A stretch of DNA of 64,000 nt from positions 66,652,001 through 66,716,000 of the forward strand of contig CM052816.1 in the NCBI GenBank assembly GCA_028534125.1, written 5' to 3'. This document shows positions 23,561-38,600 of the stretch, in pieces. A model generated the notes under the pieces. The model was not told the origin of the DNA and did not search any database. It saw nothing but the letters and a program-made list of their open reading frames with translations. Both the position numbers and the translations under genes were made by a program. Every line of letters starts with the position of its first letter. Position 1 is the stretch's first letter. The DNA is from Lama glama. Its lineage: Eukaryota.

Positions 23561-25294
23561 CAAGTAATACAAAGTAGGCTGTATATTATGTGCCATTTCT
23601 GTCCCCCGTTCTGGAACGCCATCCCCTTGTTTCTTACTCAGACACACTTTAGAATGCAAGTGAGTGTAGAATTATTGTATATGAAGTAAATAATTTACAA
23701 TTATTTGATAATTCAACTATTTCATTATTGCTCTTATTCAAATAGGACATTTCACAGCTGACCTAGCCTTCCCACCTATATCAGTGTGCATATACTCATC
23801 AATTTCAACATACATCATTTATTAGTCAGACCACCTTCCCTAATAAACATATCTTTTCTGTATCAATACTGTTAAGCTTTTTTTTTTTTTACAACACAAT
23901 GCAAAACAATTGCAGGAAAAAATGGAATCCAATGAAATATCTCAGAAATTCCAGCGGGACAGATCTTTTTTGGATTCTGTTAACTATTATAAAGCACTAG
24001 CCAAATTAATGCCTTCTGTTTACATGTTCTGCTATACATTCATTCTTTGGTCTACTTGTTTTGGTGTATGTGCCCATTTCCTTGACTTTGTTTTAAGGAG
24101 GTGAAGAGTTAGGTTAATCATAATGTTCATAAAGCACTATTATCATTTATCCAGATGTGGCTTTCTTTTATTTTACTTATTTCATTTGTTTCTTATTTAA
24201 TAATTTAATGAATAGCCATGAATCTACCACTCAAACCAGAAATGGAGACATTACCAATAACATAGTTCTATTTATATATTCCTCTATCTCATCTTCTGTC
24301 TTCCCATTATGGGTAATCATTGCCCTGAATTTTGTATCTGACACTGCTTTAAAAAAGGTACATATATACTCACACATGTATGTACACAAACACTTACATG
24401 TTTGTGTATGTGTAAGGTTTTGTCTCATACTCTCACATATCACACACAAATACATGCCTAAAAATATTTTGTGGAGTTTTACTCTTGAACTTTATAAACA
24501 TGCTATCCTAATGTCTTCTGGAACTTGCTTTTCTTATACAACATGTTATTAAGTTTTAACTCTGTTGTACATCAGGCTGTGAATTCATTCTCATTGCTGT
24601 GTAACATTCCATTGTGTGACTACACCACACTGCATTTTTCCATGCCCCTGCTGGGGGGCATTCCAGACACTTTCTTTTGGGAATATACTTAGGAGTAGAC
24701 ATGCTGAGCAACAGAACATGCCACTGTTTGACCCTCTAAGATATGTTCTTTTTCACAGAGGGCATACAGTTTTCACTCCCACCAGGAAAGCACATCAGAT
24801 TCCCTTATTCACATCCTATCCACTGTTGGAAAGTCACACTTCTTACTTTTTGTCCTTTAAGGAAAGTGAAATAGTCTGTCCCAGTGCTATTCTGTATGAG
24901 TAATAATGAGGTTGAATGTATCTTTATACTTGTATGTTGCCTTACCAAGCTGTTATTCATGTCTTTTGCCTATTCTTGTACTGAGTAGTTAGTATTTTCT
25001 TTTTGAAATGTGTGTTAGATATTCATAATACTGATCCCTTGATAAGCATATTGATAATAGCTCTTCCAGTTTATACTTGCAGTTTAATTCCAATTTCACT
25101 TTTTCAATAGTTTTAAATGTTAATGAAACCATACTTCTCAATCTTTCTATAGTTACTATTTTTATCTTTTTTTTTAAATCATTCCCCACTCCACAGGCAG
25201 AAATTTTCTTCTAAAATTTTTAAAGTTTACATTTGATATCTAAATTCATAATAAATCAGGAAATTGTTTTTATGTCTTATGTTATAAAAATAAA

Positions 25295-25485
25295 GATAAT
25301 ACAAGAAACAGCAGGTGTTGGCAAGCATGTGGTGAAAGAGAACCCTTATACATTGCTGATGGGATTGTAAATTGGTCCAATCAGAATGGAAAACAACATG
25401 GAGGCTCCTCAAAATGTTAAAAATAGGTCTACCATATGATTCAGCAATTTCACTTCTGGGTATAGACTCCCAAAATGAAAAAAAG
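25295..25485 (+). mobile_element. L1 ORF2 3' fragment, sense, nested in the older antisense L1
   Basis: caggtgttggcaagcatgtggtgaaagagaacccttatacattgctgatgggattgtaaattgg...ctaccatatgattcagcaatttcacttctgggtata. Confidence 0.8.
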
Positions 25486-25785
25486 ATTTAGACAAACTTT
25501 CTTTATGAATCATGTGTTTTAAATTACATTTTCTAGTTTATTTCTAGTGCACAGAAATGCAATTGACTTGAAATTTGAAAAATGAATTCTTGCCTTGCAT
25601 CCTTATTAATTTCTCATTATATAATATTTATAATATTCTATTAATTTACCTATGTCTATACACAGAAAATTATAACATTTATTTTTCTGGTCTTATTAGA
25701 CCAGAATTTCCTATAAAACACTGAATATAAAATGGCACTAGTGAGCATTCTCATTTTTGTTCCTGATTTTAAAGGGAGTGCTTCT

Positions 25786-25926
25786 GCAGAGGAGGGTATA
25801 ACTCAGTGGTAGAGTGCGCGGTTAGCATGCAGGAAGTCCTGGGTTCAATCCCCAGTACCTCTGTTAATATAAATAAATTAAAAACCTAACTACCTACCAC
25901 CCACCCCCCCAAATCTGAAATATGTT
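25786..25926 (+). mobile_element. tRNA-derived SINE (Vic-1-like), long form with C-rich tail
   Basis: ggagggtataactcagtggtagagtgcgcggttagcatgcaggaagtcctgggttcaatccccagtacctc; TSD taaagggagtgctt / taaaaggaatgctt. Confidence 0.9.
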
Positions 25927-28900
25927 AAAAGGAATGCTTATGACATTTTCTTACTTAGGATGGTGTCTATTCTAAGTTTTCTGTAGATACACATTGTCAG
26001 GTTAACAATATTCTCTTAGCTCACAGTTCTTTTTGCATTAAGAATAGGTATTAAACTTTATAAAATCCTTTTTATTCATCTATTTAGATGATCATATTTT
26101 TCCTTAACCTGTTAATGGTTTGAATAGTATTTACAGATTTTCTAAAAACTATCCTTTTATTCATAGAGTAATTCTAACCTGGATAGTATGTATATTATCT
26201 TTTTATATTGTTGAATTCTATCTGTAAATTTCTTGTTTAGGATTTCTGCACCTATATTCATGAGAAACTGGATATTATACTTTTCCTTTCTCATTTTGTT
26301 TTTACCTGATTTTGTATCAAGTTTATACTGACCTTGGCAAATCAGTCAGGGATTCCTTCCTCATTTTCTATTCTCCAGAAAATTTGCTCAAATTTGGAAT
26401 GATTTGTTCTTTAAACATTTGGTGGAATTTACTTGTAAAACTTTGGAGGTCTCATTTTTTTCTATATATAAATATGTTTTACTACTGGTTTGACTTTTTA
26501 ATAGTTGTAGAAATACATAGATTTTTGTGTTTTCTTGAGGTTCTTGGCAAGTTATAATTTTTTGAGATTTCTTTTTGTTTTGGTTAAATTGTGTAATTCA
26601 TTGGCATGAAACTGTTGATGATTTCTCATCTACTATGATCTTGGCCTCATCTTTTATTATAGTCCCTTTAATATCCGGTGTACTATTTATTTATGTATTT
26701 CCCTCCATATATCTCTCTTTCTCCTTTTTGACCAATCTCACCTGAGGTTCCTTTTGAATCAAACTTAGTTCTTTTGATGCCTCCTATTGTCCCTTTATAT
26801 TTTACCTCATTCATACTCATCCTTATCTATATTATATCTGTCTTCCTGCTGTCTGTGATTTTATTAGGCTATTCTTTTTATAACCTTTACTTTTGGAAAA
26901 AACTCATTACTTTTCCATTCCATTTTGTAATGTAATCACTTAAAAGCTAAGCAGAACTCAAAACACTGCTTTTAATGTTTCCTACAAGTTTTAAAATGTA
27001 GACTTTTGGTTGCCCTTCAGCTCTAGGCTTGTGTTTTTGTTTTTTAACATCCATTAACATTTCTTCTTTGACCCATGGATTAAGTAAAAATGTGTTCTCT
27101 AACTTCTCAATACATGGAGATATTTTTATTTGTCTTTTTGTTATTACTTCTTAATTACATTTACTGGATAAGCTGTTATATGTGATACCTGTTCTTTGAA
27201 ATGTGCTGTGACTTGCTTTACGGTCTTGCACACAGCCAGTTTAAAAAATATTCTGTATGTCCTTGAGCAGGATCAGTATCTGGAGCTCTTACATCAAGCT
27301 TGTTCTCAGCTTGTCAGATGTGTTATATTCTTTTTTAGTTTTATTGATTTTTTTTTGTCTGCTTGCTATCAATAATAATTGAGAGGAGCTATTTTACAAT
27401 TTCTCATTTTGTTGATTTGTCAACATTCTATGTGGTTTTAACTGTTTTCTTACTACCTACACTTTAAAGCTATTTTGCTATAGCCATTTTTGTTTAAACT
27501 TATTATATCTTCCTAGTGAATTAAGTCTTCATTATTTTTACTGTAGAGCCACTCCCTATATCCCAGTGATTCTACTCGTTGTTAAAAGATACTTGATCTA
27601 TGAACAGTAGCGCTGCTCTGGCTTACTTTTGGTTATTTGCCTGATGTAGCCTTTTTCTCTTTACACTTTATCCCATTAGTTTACTCATTCTTTAGGAATA
27701 TTTTCTATAAACATATAACTGGATTAAAAATAATCCTCTCTGATAATCTTTAAATTTGATAGTTGATGTTTATAGATGTGCTATGTTTATACATGCTGTA
27801 TTTATATCTGTGTCTATATAATTGGTTGTTTATGTATTCTGTGATTATGGGTAATCTGGGGTTTTTTTATACCACCTTACATTTCATTTGTCTTGCTTTT
27901 TCTAAGTTTCCATCTTCTTTGCAGCATTCATTCTAATTAAACATTTCAGTTATATGTTTCAGTTCATTAACTTTCTTCAAATGTTGGTAATTTCCATTTT
28001 ATCTCTCCATTTTTTATTCTGACATTGATATTTCCATTTCTAGAAATTCCATGAGTGTTTTTGGTGTGTGTTCACTTTGAGTTTCCTGTTATTCACTCAT
28101 TTCTGTATCTTTTATTTCTTCTGCTCTATTGTACACAGCCATTCTGTAGTCTGTAGCTGACAGCTCCAGCATCTGCTGTCCTTGCAGACTGAACGTTATT
28201 TGTTCTCTCTGCTCTCACTCACAGTGCTTTGTCTTCTAGAATTTCTGATCATCTTTGTCAATTTATTGACCTATTCTGAGCTAGTTCTTAAGGATACTTG
28301 AGGGGGTTGGCTTCCTATTTTTGCAGGTAGCTAGTGGGTAAACCTCTCATAAATTTTGGTTTCAAGCAGGAGTGCCTGTTTGTAATTCTCCCATTTCTAG
28401 CTGTTCCAAGGTTCATTATCTCCACAGCAGTGTTGCTATAGGGATCCCCCTCAGGGCAACCTCACCCCCTCCTAGATGCCTGCTGGTCGTGCTGCTCTGG
28501 TCCCAACCTGTTCCAATTTGCCACTGCTCTGGCTTCAGCACCCCGTGCCTTCATCTTTATCTTTGAGCCTCCCATCTTTGGCTCCTAGATGTTCCACCTC
28601 AGGCTCACTTCCCCCAAAGTCTTATTCCTGACACCCAGGAGTTGTCTTCAGCTGCTCTGAGTCCCATTCACTTTAGGCTGTTTGTTCCTGGCATGGCAGA
28701 GTTTCCTGGAGACCTCTCTTTTATACTGAGAGACAGCAATTATCTCAGAGTCTGTCCTATCCTATGTGACATTTCAAAGCCTTGGAAGTTTTAGGGCAGA
28801 GCTATTTAAAAATTGTGTAAAATAACAAGACTTGTGGACTTTTAAGTTACCTCTACATTTCTGGGCCAGGGAGAGTGATTATGAATGTAGTATAGCAAAA

Positions 28901-29679
28901 TGTGGTAATTCTTCTAAATTTGAACATTTTTTATTTTACCTGAATTAGTTAAGTGCAATAGTAATGCCCATAATGAGGCATGTTTAATAAGCTATACTAA
29001 GACATGTTTAATTCTCTGAAGAAAATTATGTTTTAAGGCCAATTTGTACTATAGTTCCTTGAGGATGACACTTTTAATTTTAACTCCATTCTAAATATAT
29101 TTCAAAATTTCAACAAAAACACTTTAATGAATTCTAATTTTTATTGTATACTTGTAAGTAATGACATACCTTTTCTTGTTTTTTTTAAATACAGACCACC
29201 TTCTTTTCAGAGTCATATATCACAGATGATTGTAAAAAAAAAAACTCTTAAAGTTTAATTTGAAAGAAAATTACTTAAATTAATATTTATACATATATAC
29301 ATATAGAGGGAGAAAGAGAGAGAGACTTATTATATTTGGAAGAAATTTTTGACTGGCTACTAAGTTTTCTTTAACATCTATTTTTAAGCAAGGTTACCAT
29401 GCCAAGAGTAAGTAGGAATTACGCAAACTCACTAACACAGTATTTATAACTATATCCTTCAATTTCCAAATATTGGAAGGTTTCCTGTTTTTTTATCCCT
29501 TGGAAGTTTTATTAATGTAGAATTATTTTCCTGGGCTAAAATATCAGTTTTGCTAAACTTCTTTCATAGAAATATTAGGTTTTGAAGGCATCCATTATTT
29601 TCCAGTAATTTTGTAAGAGACAGGGAATCACATAATGTCAGTGGAGGTTATTTTTAAATATAAAAATAGAATACCTTTA

Positions 29680-30240
29680 TATTTTAATTATAAAAAAATT
29701 ATTGTGGAAAGTTTGGAAGAAATAGGAGAGTTTAAAGAATAATATAAAAATCTCTAATGTTGCCACTTAAAAATAAAATAATCATCATTCATGCTTCTTT
29801 TCCTTCAAATATTTATACTATACATAATGGGATATATATGAGTACATATATATTCATTAATACTATTAGGGTCATATACGTATATATAGGTATACATATA
29901 TACATTTCCTCTTATGCTTTTAGGATTATATACATTTCTGATTTTTTTTTTCACTTTTCATAAACTCTTGGAGTTCATATGATTAAACATTTCATTAAAA
30001 CATGATTTTAATGGCTGTAATGAATTCCAGAGTATGGCTATTCCACAATTTATTTGGTCATTTTCCTATTGCTGAACATTTGTTTTCAATTTTCAACTGT
30101 TTGAACTAATACTGTGATGGATAGCTTTGCCTATTTCTCTTAATATTTTTTCAGGACATGGAATCGCAGAAGCAAAGCCTATGAATCATTTAAAGACTCT
30201 TGATATATTGCTAAATTGCTTTTGAGAAAGGTTTTCCTTG
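29680..30240 (-). mobile_element. Old L1ME 3' region
   Basis: tttaatggctgtaatgaattcc...tttcctattgctgaacatttg...tattgctaaattgcttttgagaaagg. Confidence 0.7.
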
Positions 30241-31028
30241 TAACATAGCATGTGGTTACTAAGGTAGCTGACATGACACAACGGGGAGGAGAGACATTGG
30301 ACCAAAACATCACAAAATGTGTCTCTTTACTGTTTTATCATTCATTTTGGCCATTCAGACATGCCCCATGTTTGGGCTGGTTCATCCCAAGTGGAGACAA
30401 TCTTGCAGGAATAATTAAAGGATTCATTTAGGGAAAAAGAGTTTCCATTTCAAACACAGTAAATGTTACATCAATAACTGGTATTATAAGTTCATATTTT
30501 TCTTGTTAGTATTTCTTTTTCTTTTTTCTTAGCAGAGTACAGACTTCACAAAACGTTAGGTTATTTTCTCTCTGTATTTAGTAGCTGGAGTGACAGTAAT
30601 ACATAATGCAGGAGATCAACCAAAAGTATGAAACTGTGTCCAGATTAAAAGTTTTGGTTCCTGAAATCTTATTTTGCTAGGCAGAGATAGTTAATTACTA
30701 ATAAATAAATAAATTGGCAATAACTAATGATAAATACATGTGGCATAGCAACAAAAAGAATAGAGGTATTTTCTGTGGGCTGTTTTCATAGGATCATATA
30801 ATCTGGTTCTTTATGTTTTTGATAAGTTTTGCCCAAAATGAAAAGATGTATTTAGTGCTACTGACATCAGATTTTTGAAACACAGCTGCAAACAGAGCAT
30901 TGTTTATAATTTCAATGAAGCCTAAGTACATTTCCTTTCTGCTAAGGAAGAGGGTGACAAGGCTGGGTTGGGATTTCACTCTTTGGTTTCCCAGATTTCT
31001 CTGGGTTCTGTCAAGATTGCCAGATAAG

Positions 31029-31031
<3 letters not shown>

Positions 31032-31062
<31 letters not shown>
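31032..31062. repeat. (TG)15 microsatellite
   Basis: Visible perfect repeat. Confidence 0.95.
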
Positions 31063-31064
<2 letters not shown>

Positions 31065-33465
31065 GGAAGGGAAACAGGAATTCCTTTCGGAAGAGTGACA
31101 ATCAACCTTAGTCTGTTGCTGGTTTAGGGCAGATGTTCTTAGCAGAAATCTGCTGTAGTAGATTATAAATGCTGTCGAGTTGCCAGAACTCAGGTTCACA
31201 TTTCTTTTTGCCTTAATTTCAAAATTGCTGATTCTGTTTAAGACGAAAAGAAACAATACCTAATCTCCCAACCTCTCCCAACTTCCCTTCCTTCTGTCCC
31301 ATCCGTTAGTGAAGTGGAAACAAACTTTATTATTCTTACTATGCATGAACTTGTTCATTTAGGTGAAACTGAGTCTTCTTTAAATCTACTAAAGTAAACC
31401 TTGGAAATCTAATCAAAACAAGGAAAAATAAGCGATGTCACAAAATCTTTTCAGAAAACTTATGCACAGAGACTAGGTATTTTGTTCTGATTTAGCAGGC
31501 ATGCAAATTTCTTTTACAAAAAAAGCTTTTGAAGGCCAGCCTTCTCACTATATATTTTGTTTTTATATTATATTTGGGCCTTAAAATTAACTATATGCTG
31601 GTGTGGGTATGTGTTTCATTTTTTGGTAAGTCCTTCTCTTCGAAAGAAATATTCTTCTATGACACGTTTCCCCTTGGAAGTGAAGTTACAATGTTGTAAG
31701 AATGGATAGCTTTATACACAGTACACAGTTTGGCTTTTATGACTTCATGGAAAAATCATAAAAATTCATTTTCTGAAGCATGTATTTTTGATTTGTGGAA
31801 AGATTTAATCTAAATAACAACAGCTCCAGCAATCACATTATCTCCTTTTCTGCACAGAATAGGAGTAAGCCTCTTGAAATGATGGTGCATTCTATGAAAA
31901 CAAATTTGCCTTTTATTTTTGAATCATCTCATTGTTTGAAACTGTAAAGCTGTCATTTTACGTCCTAATATAAAAAGCTGCAAGGAAATGTTTTACTTCC
32001 CTTTTTAGCCATGAGAAAAATGTTGCTATTCTTGGTAAAATGACAGTGAAGTAGTACAGGATATCTCACCATAGAATTCTGATATATCACTAACTTCACT
32101 AACATTTTTGTAGCTTTTTTTCTGGCAACTCCTGTCACTAATTTGTGAACACATTTATACTTCAACAAAAATTTATGCTTGAACAAATATGCTTCAGCTG
32201 TATTTCTGTCCAGCATGAGGAAGTGAGTTAAGTTTCAGGATTCCCGAGGAAGGAAGAGCAGCAGAATTGTCTCTATGATAATATGTGTAAAGGATTGTTT
32301 ACAAAAACAAACTGGATAGCATTCTAGCCTTTTCATTATGAAGCGTTCTGAGGCATCGGACTTAATTAAACGTAGGTAAATGTTGTTTGGAGATGTCCTG
32401 ACGAGACAGGAGAGTCTATGGATGGTTTCAGGAGTGGAAATAGGTTGTCTCTTTCTCAGATTTTTCATGTGCTGCTCTCACATGTGAGCCAGCCGCTGGA
32501 TGCACTGATTTCCCATTGGAGGGATAATGAGAGGTGGTGCAGTGCTTATGCAAGACAGCGGTGTGTCTCTGGTGACTGGCCAACCCCGACCATCAACACA
32601 TCTGCATGCTTCAAAGCAAAGAAAATCTCCTCTTCTGTTCATTTCGATTATTGTGCACCATTAACTGTGAAAATAAATAACTTCCCAATCTTAGCTAGAA
32701 ATACAGTCAGACTTTCAGCAGAGAGATACTGAGAATTCTCTCCACCTGTCAGTATCTTGGACCTTGACCTTAATGAGGCTGAAAAGGATGCCTCTGGGTT
32801 TTTGAATATTAAGTCAATGTTTAAAATACGAAAGAAAAAATTTCTTCATCATGTTACTATATAAAGTATATGCTAGATATATCCTTTTAGTATAAACACT
32901 TACAGAAAATTCTTATTCTAGTATCAACGTAAAACAAACCTAGACACATTCTCAAAGTCTAGCGTGCCTTACGGAAGTAGAAACTTGGTAAGTGTTTGAG
33001 CTTCACTTGAATGTGAAGGAGTGAAGGAACCAATCATCAAATAACAATCAACAAATTGCTATACCAATCACTTCCTTTTTATTTCTTTTGGACAGTTGAT
33101 TAAAAAGGAGAAAATGCAGTATTTAGAGTATTAGAATAGCCTAAATAGTATAAGTAAGGCTGGGGAATGTATGATAATTACGTATATTTAAAACTACCCT
33201 CAAGAATTCCTTTAAATCAACCATAGAGACGTTGTAAACACTGAAATTTCATTAAAGGAAAAGAGGTGTCTCAGTAGGAAGCAAAAGGGAATAAGAACAC
33301 ACTGCAGGTGATGATCATCCCTCATGTGTTCACTGAGTGGAATGGCCAACTGCATGCCCCGCAATATTTAACTTCTTTATTTCAAAAACAATTTTCTTCT
33401 AGCATATACAAGTGAGTATGTTGAAGACAAATGTGTGCCTAATGGCATCCACTGAATTACTTTTT

Positions 33466-33638
33466 TTATTGAAGTATAGTCAATTTACAATGTTGTGTTA
33501 GTCTCTGGTGTACAGCATAGTGATTCAGTTTATATATATATATATATATTCTTTTTCATTAGGTTACTACAAGATATTGAATAGTTTCCTGTGCTATATA
33601 GTAGGACCTTGCTGTTTGTCTATTTTATATATAGTAGT
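33466..33638 (-). mobile_element. 5'-truncated L1 3'UTR insertion with perfect 16-bp TSD
   Basis: ttattgaagtatagtcaatttacaatgttgtgttagtctctggtgtacagcatagtgattcag is homologous to the 3' end of the L1 at 62351-63755; TSD cactgaattacttttt at 33450-33465 and 33639-33654. Confidence 0.92.
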
Positions 33639-36600
33639 CACTGAATTACTTTTTAATTATAGGCATATGTTTCCCATCAGCATGCCTTTCACCGTTGTTT
33701 CTATACCTCTCTAGCCCTTACTTTCAGAACCATGCATTTTGGAATATAGTTTACCTTTAATTACTTCATTCAGGTAATTTTCTCCTTTCGCTTAGATTAT
33801 AAATTTACAATCTAGATTATAAGAAAAGTCTGAATCATATGTTTATATAAGGTAGTTTTTGCCCCATAAATGCTGTTTTATAGGCAGATTAACCCTCAAA
33901 TTTGGGGGTATACTATTAAGAAGAAAGTATATCGTATTTACCTCTTAAATGCATCTTGTTTTGTTTGCTATTCCAGTATTCTATTATTCCCTTTTCTCTC
34001 TCTTTCCTGTCACTACACTTTTCAAATTCCCTAAGTCCCAGTCTTGGAGATTTATTCACTCAACAGATACTTACTAAGTGGCCCCTAAGTGTCAGGAACT
34101 GCGCAAAGCACTGATTGGGTTGGGCAGGGACAGAACTAATTATTTTTTGTTGTTTCCAATGCATGTCACTGTTTTAACAATGGTCAGAAAAGTGTCTTTT
34201 TACTTCTTATTTTAGACTGGTAATATTCATGGAAAATGAACTAAAGCCTGTGCCAGATTCCTTCTCTATGTACCTCAATCCCTGTGGGAAAATCAGAGGT
34301 CATCTTTGCACCTCTGCTCACTGCGTGGGTGGGTGGGGAGGAGAGGGTGGAAGTTGTTATGAGACATCCGCGTCCACAAGGATGGACACTTGCCAAATGC
34401 TTAACTGGATTCCCGCAGAGGCCAAGGTGAGCAGGAAACAGGCTGCAAGAGTGACGCAGGGGAAGCCTGGTGGAGCTGCTCAACTCCCTCACTTGACCCA
34501 AAGCTGCAGAATTAATGGCCGACACCATCAAGATAGAGCTTAATGACATTGAGGGGCCCTTTCCAAGTCAAAAGTCTTCCACTTTCCAGAGTTCCACTGC
34601 CCTTAATGAGTAGAATCCTCACCCTCCCTGATCGGCTAAGGGTAGGAAAGTCTCAGTCCAGGAGAAATTGAAATGAAGCCAACCAAACTTTTGATTTTTT
34701 TCTAGTGACTTAGCATAATTTTCTGCTATGAAGTATGATTTCAGACATACAAAGAGGGTCCCAATCCACCCCTGGGCAGCTTGCAAATGAGGAAATTTTA
34801 CTATCAGTCTGGCCTATAAACCTGTATTTCCCAAATCCATTGTTTGGAGTTCTAATTTGAAATGCAAATATCCTTGTATGTGTGATTTACCAGATTTGCT
34901 TTCTCAAGACTGGGAGAGCTAAGATTGAAGGGAAGTAGAGAGAGAGGAGGAGGGAGAGGAAGGAGAGATGGGTGAGTCAGGAGTGGACAGGAAGGAGAGC
35001 TGGAGAACTGTATTGCAGACCAATTCAGGCTGTATGAGTTTATTAACAAAACCTGTGTCAAGAACAACTTCATGTGAAGCTATCAGACATGGAAGTAGAA
35101 TTTTAACCTCCCTTGGCATCTGTAAAATATGAAACAGCTACCTTCACGATTGAGAACACTGTGATTTCTAGATTCCTTTAAAGTTAAAAAAGTCTTGGAA
35201 GCATCACTAATCTAAATGGCAGAGATTGATGTGGGAATCAGATTCTCAGGAAGGCCAGAGATGCTGCGGAGGGAAACCCACTTTCTATGCTGGAAATATG
35301 CCCAACCAAACAGTCCTTGTGATTAGCTTGGTTTAACCCAAATGACACTTTTACCAAATCTTGCCCAGCAACCATTGCTACACATTCCATGCTTTAATAT
35401 TTACATAAAAAAATGTTAATGCTAATCGGCATTGAGGTGTACAGAGGGTTTATTTTACTAGAGAATTTCAAATCAGGTATGTCTTTTATTATTGTCACTA
35501 TTTTTATTTTGGTGGCTTCAACAATGAAGGTATCAGAGAGGTGAAGTGACTGTGAAGCTACTATTTATCTTCATTCATTCATTCACTCATTCAGTGATTT
35601 ATCAAGCATTTCAGTTCACCGTGCAAGATGCTGAGAGTTCAGTGAGGGGCCCATCTAGGCAGACTTGCTCATGAAGTTTGCAGTCTGTAGGAGACACTGC
35701 TTTTCATCAAATAACTGCTAACTTGCAAAGCATCTACAAGGGGCTCTTGGCCTCAATTTGGGGAGCAGATTGATACTTCTATTTCTGTGTCTGCACCTTT
35801 ATCAAGTTTTGCTTAGGAACGACCGTCAACTTTTATTTCATTTCAATGTTATTTTTAAGAAAAGTACCTATTTGTAAATAGGCAGATGAACCTATCCTGA
35901 TACTTAACACAGTACCATTGATTACATAGTTGTAATAAAAGCCAGCAGCCCAACTATATTGATAACTCTGATACAATCAAACAACTTGAATAAAAAAAGA
36001 GAACAAAAAATAAAAACAACAGTTATATTGGGACATGACTTTTTCCCCACTTTGGATGCGCTAGGATTGCATTTCTGTGAGTACGTCAGAAAGTTCTGAA
36101 TGCCCTAATTACCACATAGCCACCAATAAATTGATTTTTTTTTTTTTAGCACAGAGCAATTCTCTCCAATTTCACTTTTGAAATCTTGGGCTTCTTATAA
36201 AAAAATTCCCAGACCCGACTAGAAACATATCCTATTGAAGGAAATGGACTCTAAAGCAGAGAATTCTTGATATAAGAAATTAGTTTCCTTTAAAAAATAA
36301 TCTGTGATCACTTTTCCCTCTTTATAACATTCTGATGCCATTTATTCTTCCATTTCCTTTTGTTCTTTCTTGGCACTATGTGACTAATGCAATTCACATG
36401 GGCTTGTAGCCATGGAAACTATAGGACACAGAAATTTAAATCTGTTCACTTGGGAGCACCTTCCACATCAGTCATACCTGTCAATTTCTCGGTCACTGAT
36501 ATACTGAAATACATACTTTATCAGAAATTTAAAGTGGAAATCACTGTGATTTTTGTTAACCTCCTGCTTCATTTTTTAAATGGAAAATGGTGGTGTTCTA

Positions 36601-37349
36601 TGAATTATTAATGTACCCAGACTTCCTCGGGGTTACTAAGGAGAAGATGCATATTCAGAGATAAATCCAGGTTGTGATTTCCATGAAAATGTTGAAGAAC
36701 TGCGCCAAACATCTAATAAGTGTGTGTTTGTTGAACTGTTTACTCCAAATCATTGTCACCACACTGTAATGGAAACTCCTTAAGGGCAGGGCCCGTGCTT
36801 ACCTTGCTCTTCACTATATCCCTAACTGCAGAACTGCCAATGCACAGAATATGCTCAATGAATTGTAACTGAAGGATCAAACAACTGCATGCTGAGTCAT
36901 GGAGCAGCTATGTTACATGATTATTTAGTAGCAAAGCTAGAAAGAGAACTTCAAAATTCTTGTCTTTCTAGCGTTTTCCTTAAACAAGCTGCCTTTCACT
37001 GGTCTCTCATTTTGCTCTTATTCCCTTATTATTTAGCTTACAGTATAACTTTTGCTTCTAAATATAACGAGTAATCAGGCATTTACAGAGTTAATTTTAT
37101 GGCGATTCACAGATTGCTTATTCTTTCTGAACACTACTCTATCTTCACAAGATCTAACGATACCACATTTTCCTGTTCATTCCAAGCCTAGTTACATCCC
37201 CTTTCCCTAAAATCTTGAATCTTTATGGAACAAATAGTTCTGATACTGCCAACAAGCATCATTCATCCTTTATCCAGTCCACTGATGTATTTTTGGATGG
37301 AAGAGTTAAGATATTGCAAACCAGTGATGTGTACTATTTTAGGTTTGCA

Positions 37350-37742
37350 GTTCTCTTCCAAGTTCATTCAAGTTATTGGCAGAAGTTAGTTTCTTGCATT
37401 GGAGGACTGAGGTCCCTGTTCTCTTGCTAGCTGTTGCCTGGGATTGTTCTCAGCTCCCGGTGGCCAATCCTTTCCATAGGTAGTTCATAACTTATCTGAT
37501 ATAGAATCCCAAGCCACCAGAAGGACATCCCCAAGCGACCAGCCAGGGGAAAAAAACAATCCTGTTGAAGAGTTCAACTGATTAGGTCAGGCCCACCTTA
37601 GATAATCTCCCTTTTGCCCTACAATGTAACAGTCATGAAAGTGATGCCTCATTATATTCATAGGTTCTGCCCACACTCAAGAGAACTATACATATGTACA
37701 CCAGGGGTAGGACTCTTAGGAGTCATCTTAGAATTCTGCCTA
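37350..37742. mobile_element. MaLR LTR (MLT1-type)
   Basis: ggactgaggtccctgttctcttgctagctgtt...attaggtcaggcccaccttagataatctccc...catcttagaattctgcct. Confidence 0.75.
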
Positions 37743-38209
37743 AGACTTTACAATTTCCAATAAGAGTCAGAGGTGTTGAAGGGATAAAGAGAAGTAGATA
37801 AGTCAATAGAATCAAAATCCAAGCACTAATTACAGTCAAAACCTTTTCCAACTGGGATGTTTCCCTTTCCCTCAGCATCTCCATTAAATATGTCTCATGA
37901 GATGCTACTCGATGTTAACAGAAAAAGTCCATGCACCAATTTGGCAAATTTGTAAACTGGTATTTGTTTTTAATTGCATGACCCTTCAGAGCCTTTCATA
38001 ATCCTGCAGAATCTTTAATAAGGAGCATCTCCCAAACTTCTCTGACCAAGCAACATATTTTCATGTGTTGGCAGATGTTGGGTTGGTCTAGTGCATGGCT
38101 ACGCTGCTTGCTGACTGCCAGGATTCTTCCTAATTAACCACATTTTCTTTTTAATTAGGAGGTGCCTTTTAGGCACCTAAGTATTTCTACTATCACTCTT
38201 GCTCCAGAG

Positions 38210-38600
38210 CTGTAGTTCTCAACTCTGTGTACAAATTAGAATCACCTAGAGAGCTTTTAGAAATGACTATTGCCTGGATCTTAATTTCAGAAATTGGAAT
38301 ATAGCTGTCTCATCTATGCATAAACTGAGGCTAATATTTAGAAGTATGTTTTAATACTTCAAGTGTTTAAGAATAACAGCCAGACCTAGTCTTGTTGAGG
38401 ATATTCTATATATTAGGCATTATGCTACAAGATTTGAATCAGTGGCATTTTATTGAATCTTCACCAAAATCCTATGAGGTCAAGATCACTGAATCTATTT
38501 TACAGAAGAGAAAACTGTCGAGAAGTTACTAGTCCAAGGTCTCATGGGGTGGAGACAGGATTTGAAACTATCCAGTCTTCCCTCCAAAACCTATGCATTT
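38210..38600. mobile_element. MER5-type fragment followed by MIR
   Basis: gtagttctcaactct...ttagaatcacctagagagctttt; then cctatgagg...ttttacagaagagaaaactg...ggatttgaaact. Confidence 0.65.

Larger units (their letters stand above)
24180..28300 (-). mobile_element. Long degenerate L1M/L1ME, antisense, with nested insertions
   Basis: T-rich antisense L1 motifs: gtaacattccattgtgtgactacaccac; tttgttcctgattttaaagggagtgctt; ttcttgtttaggatttctgcacctatattcatgag. Confidence 0.85.

Noticed and set aside
25790..25865. tRNA-Ala-like gene (also at 17870-17943 and 58730-58799)
   Set aside because: A-rich tails, TSDs and broken acceptor stems mark them as SINEs
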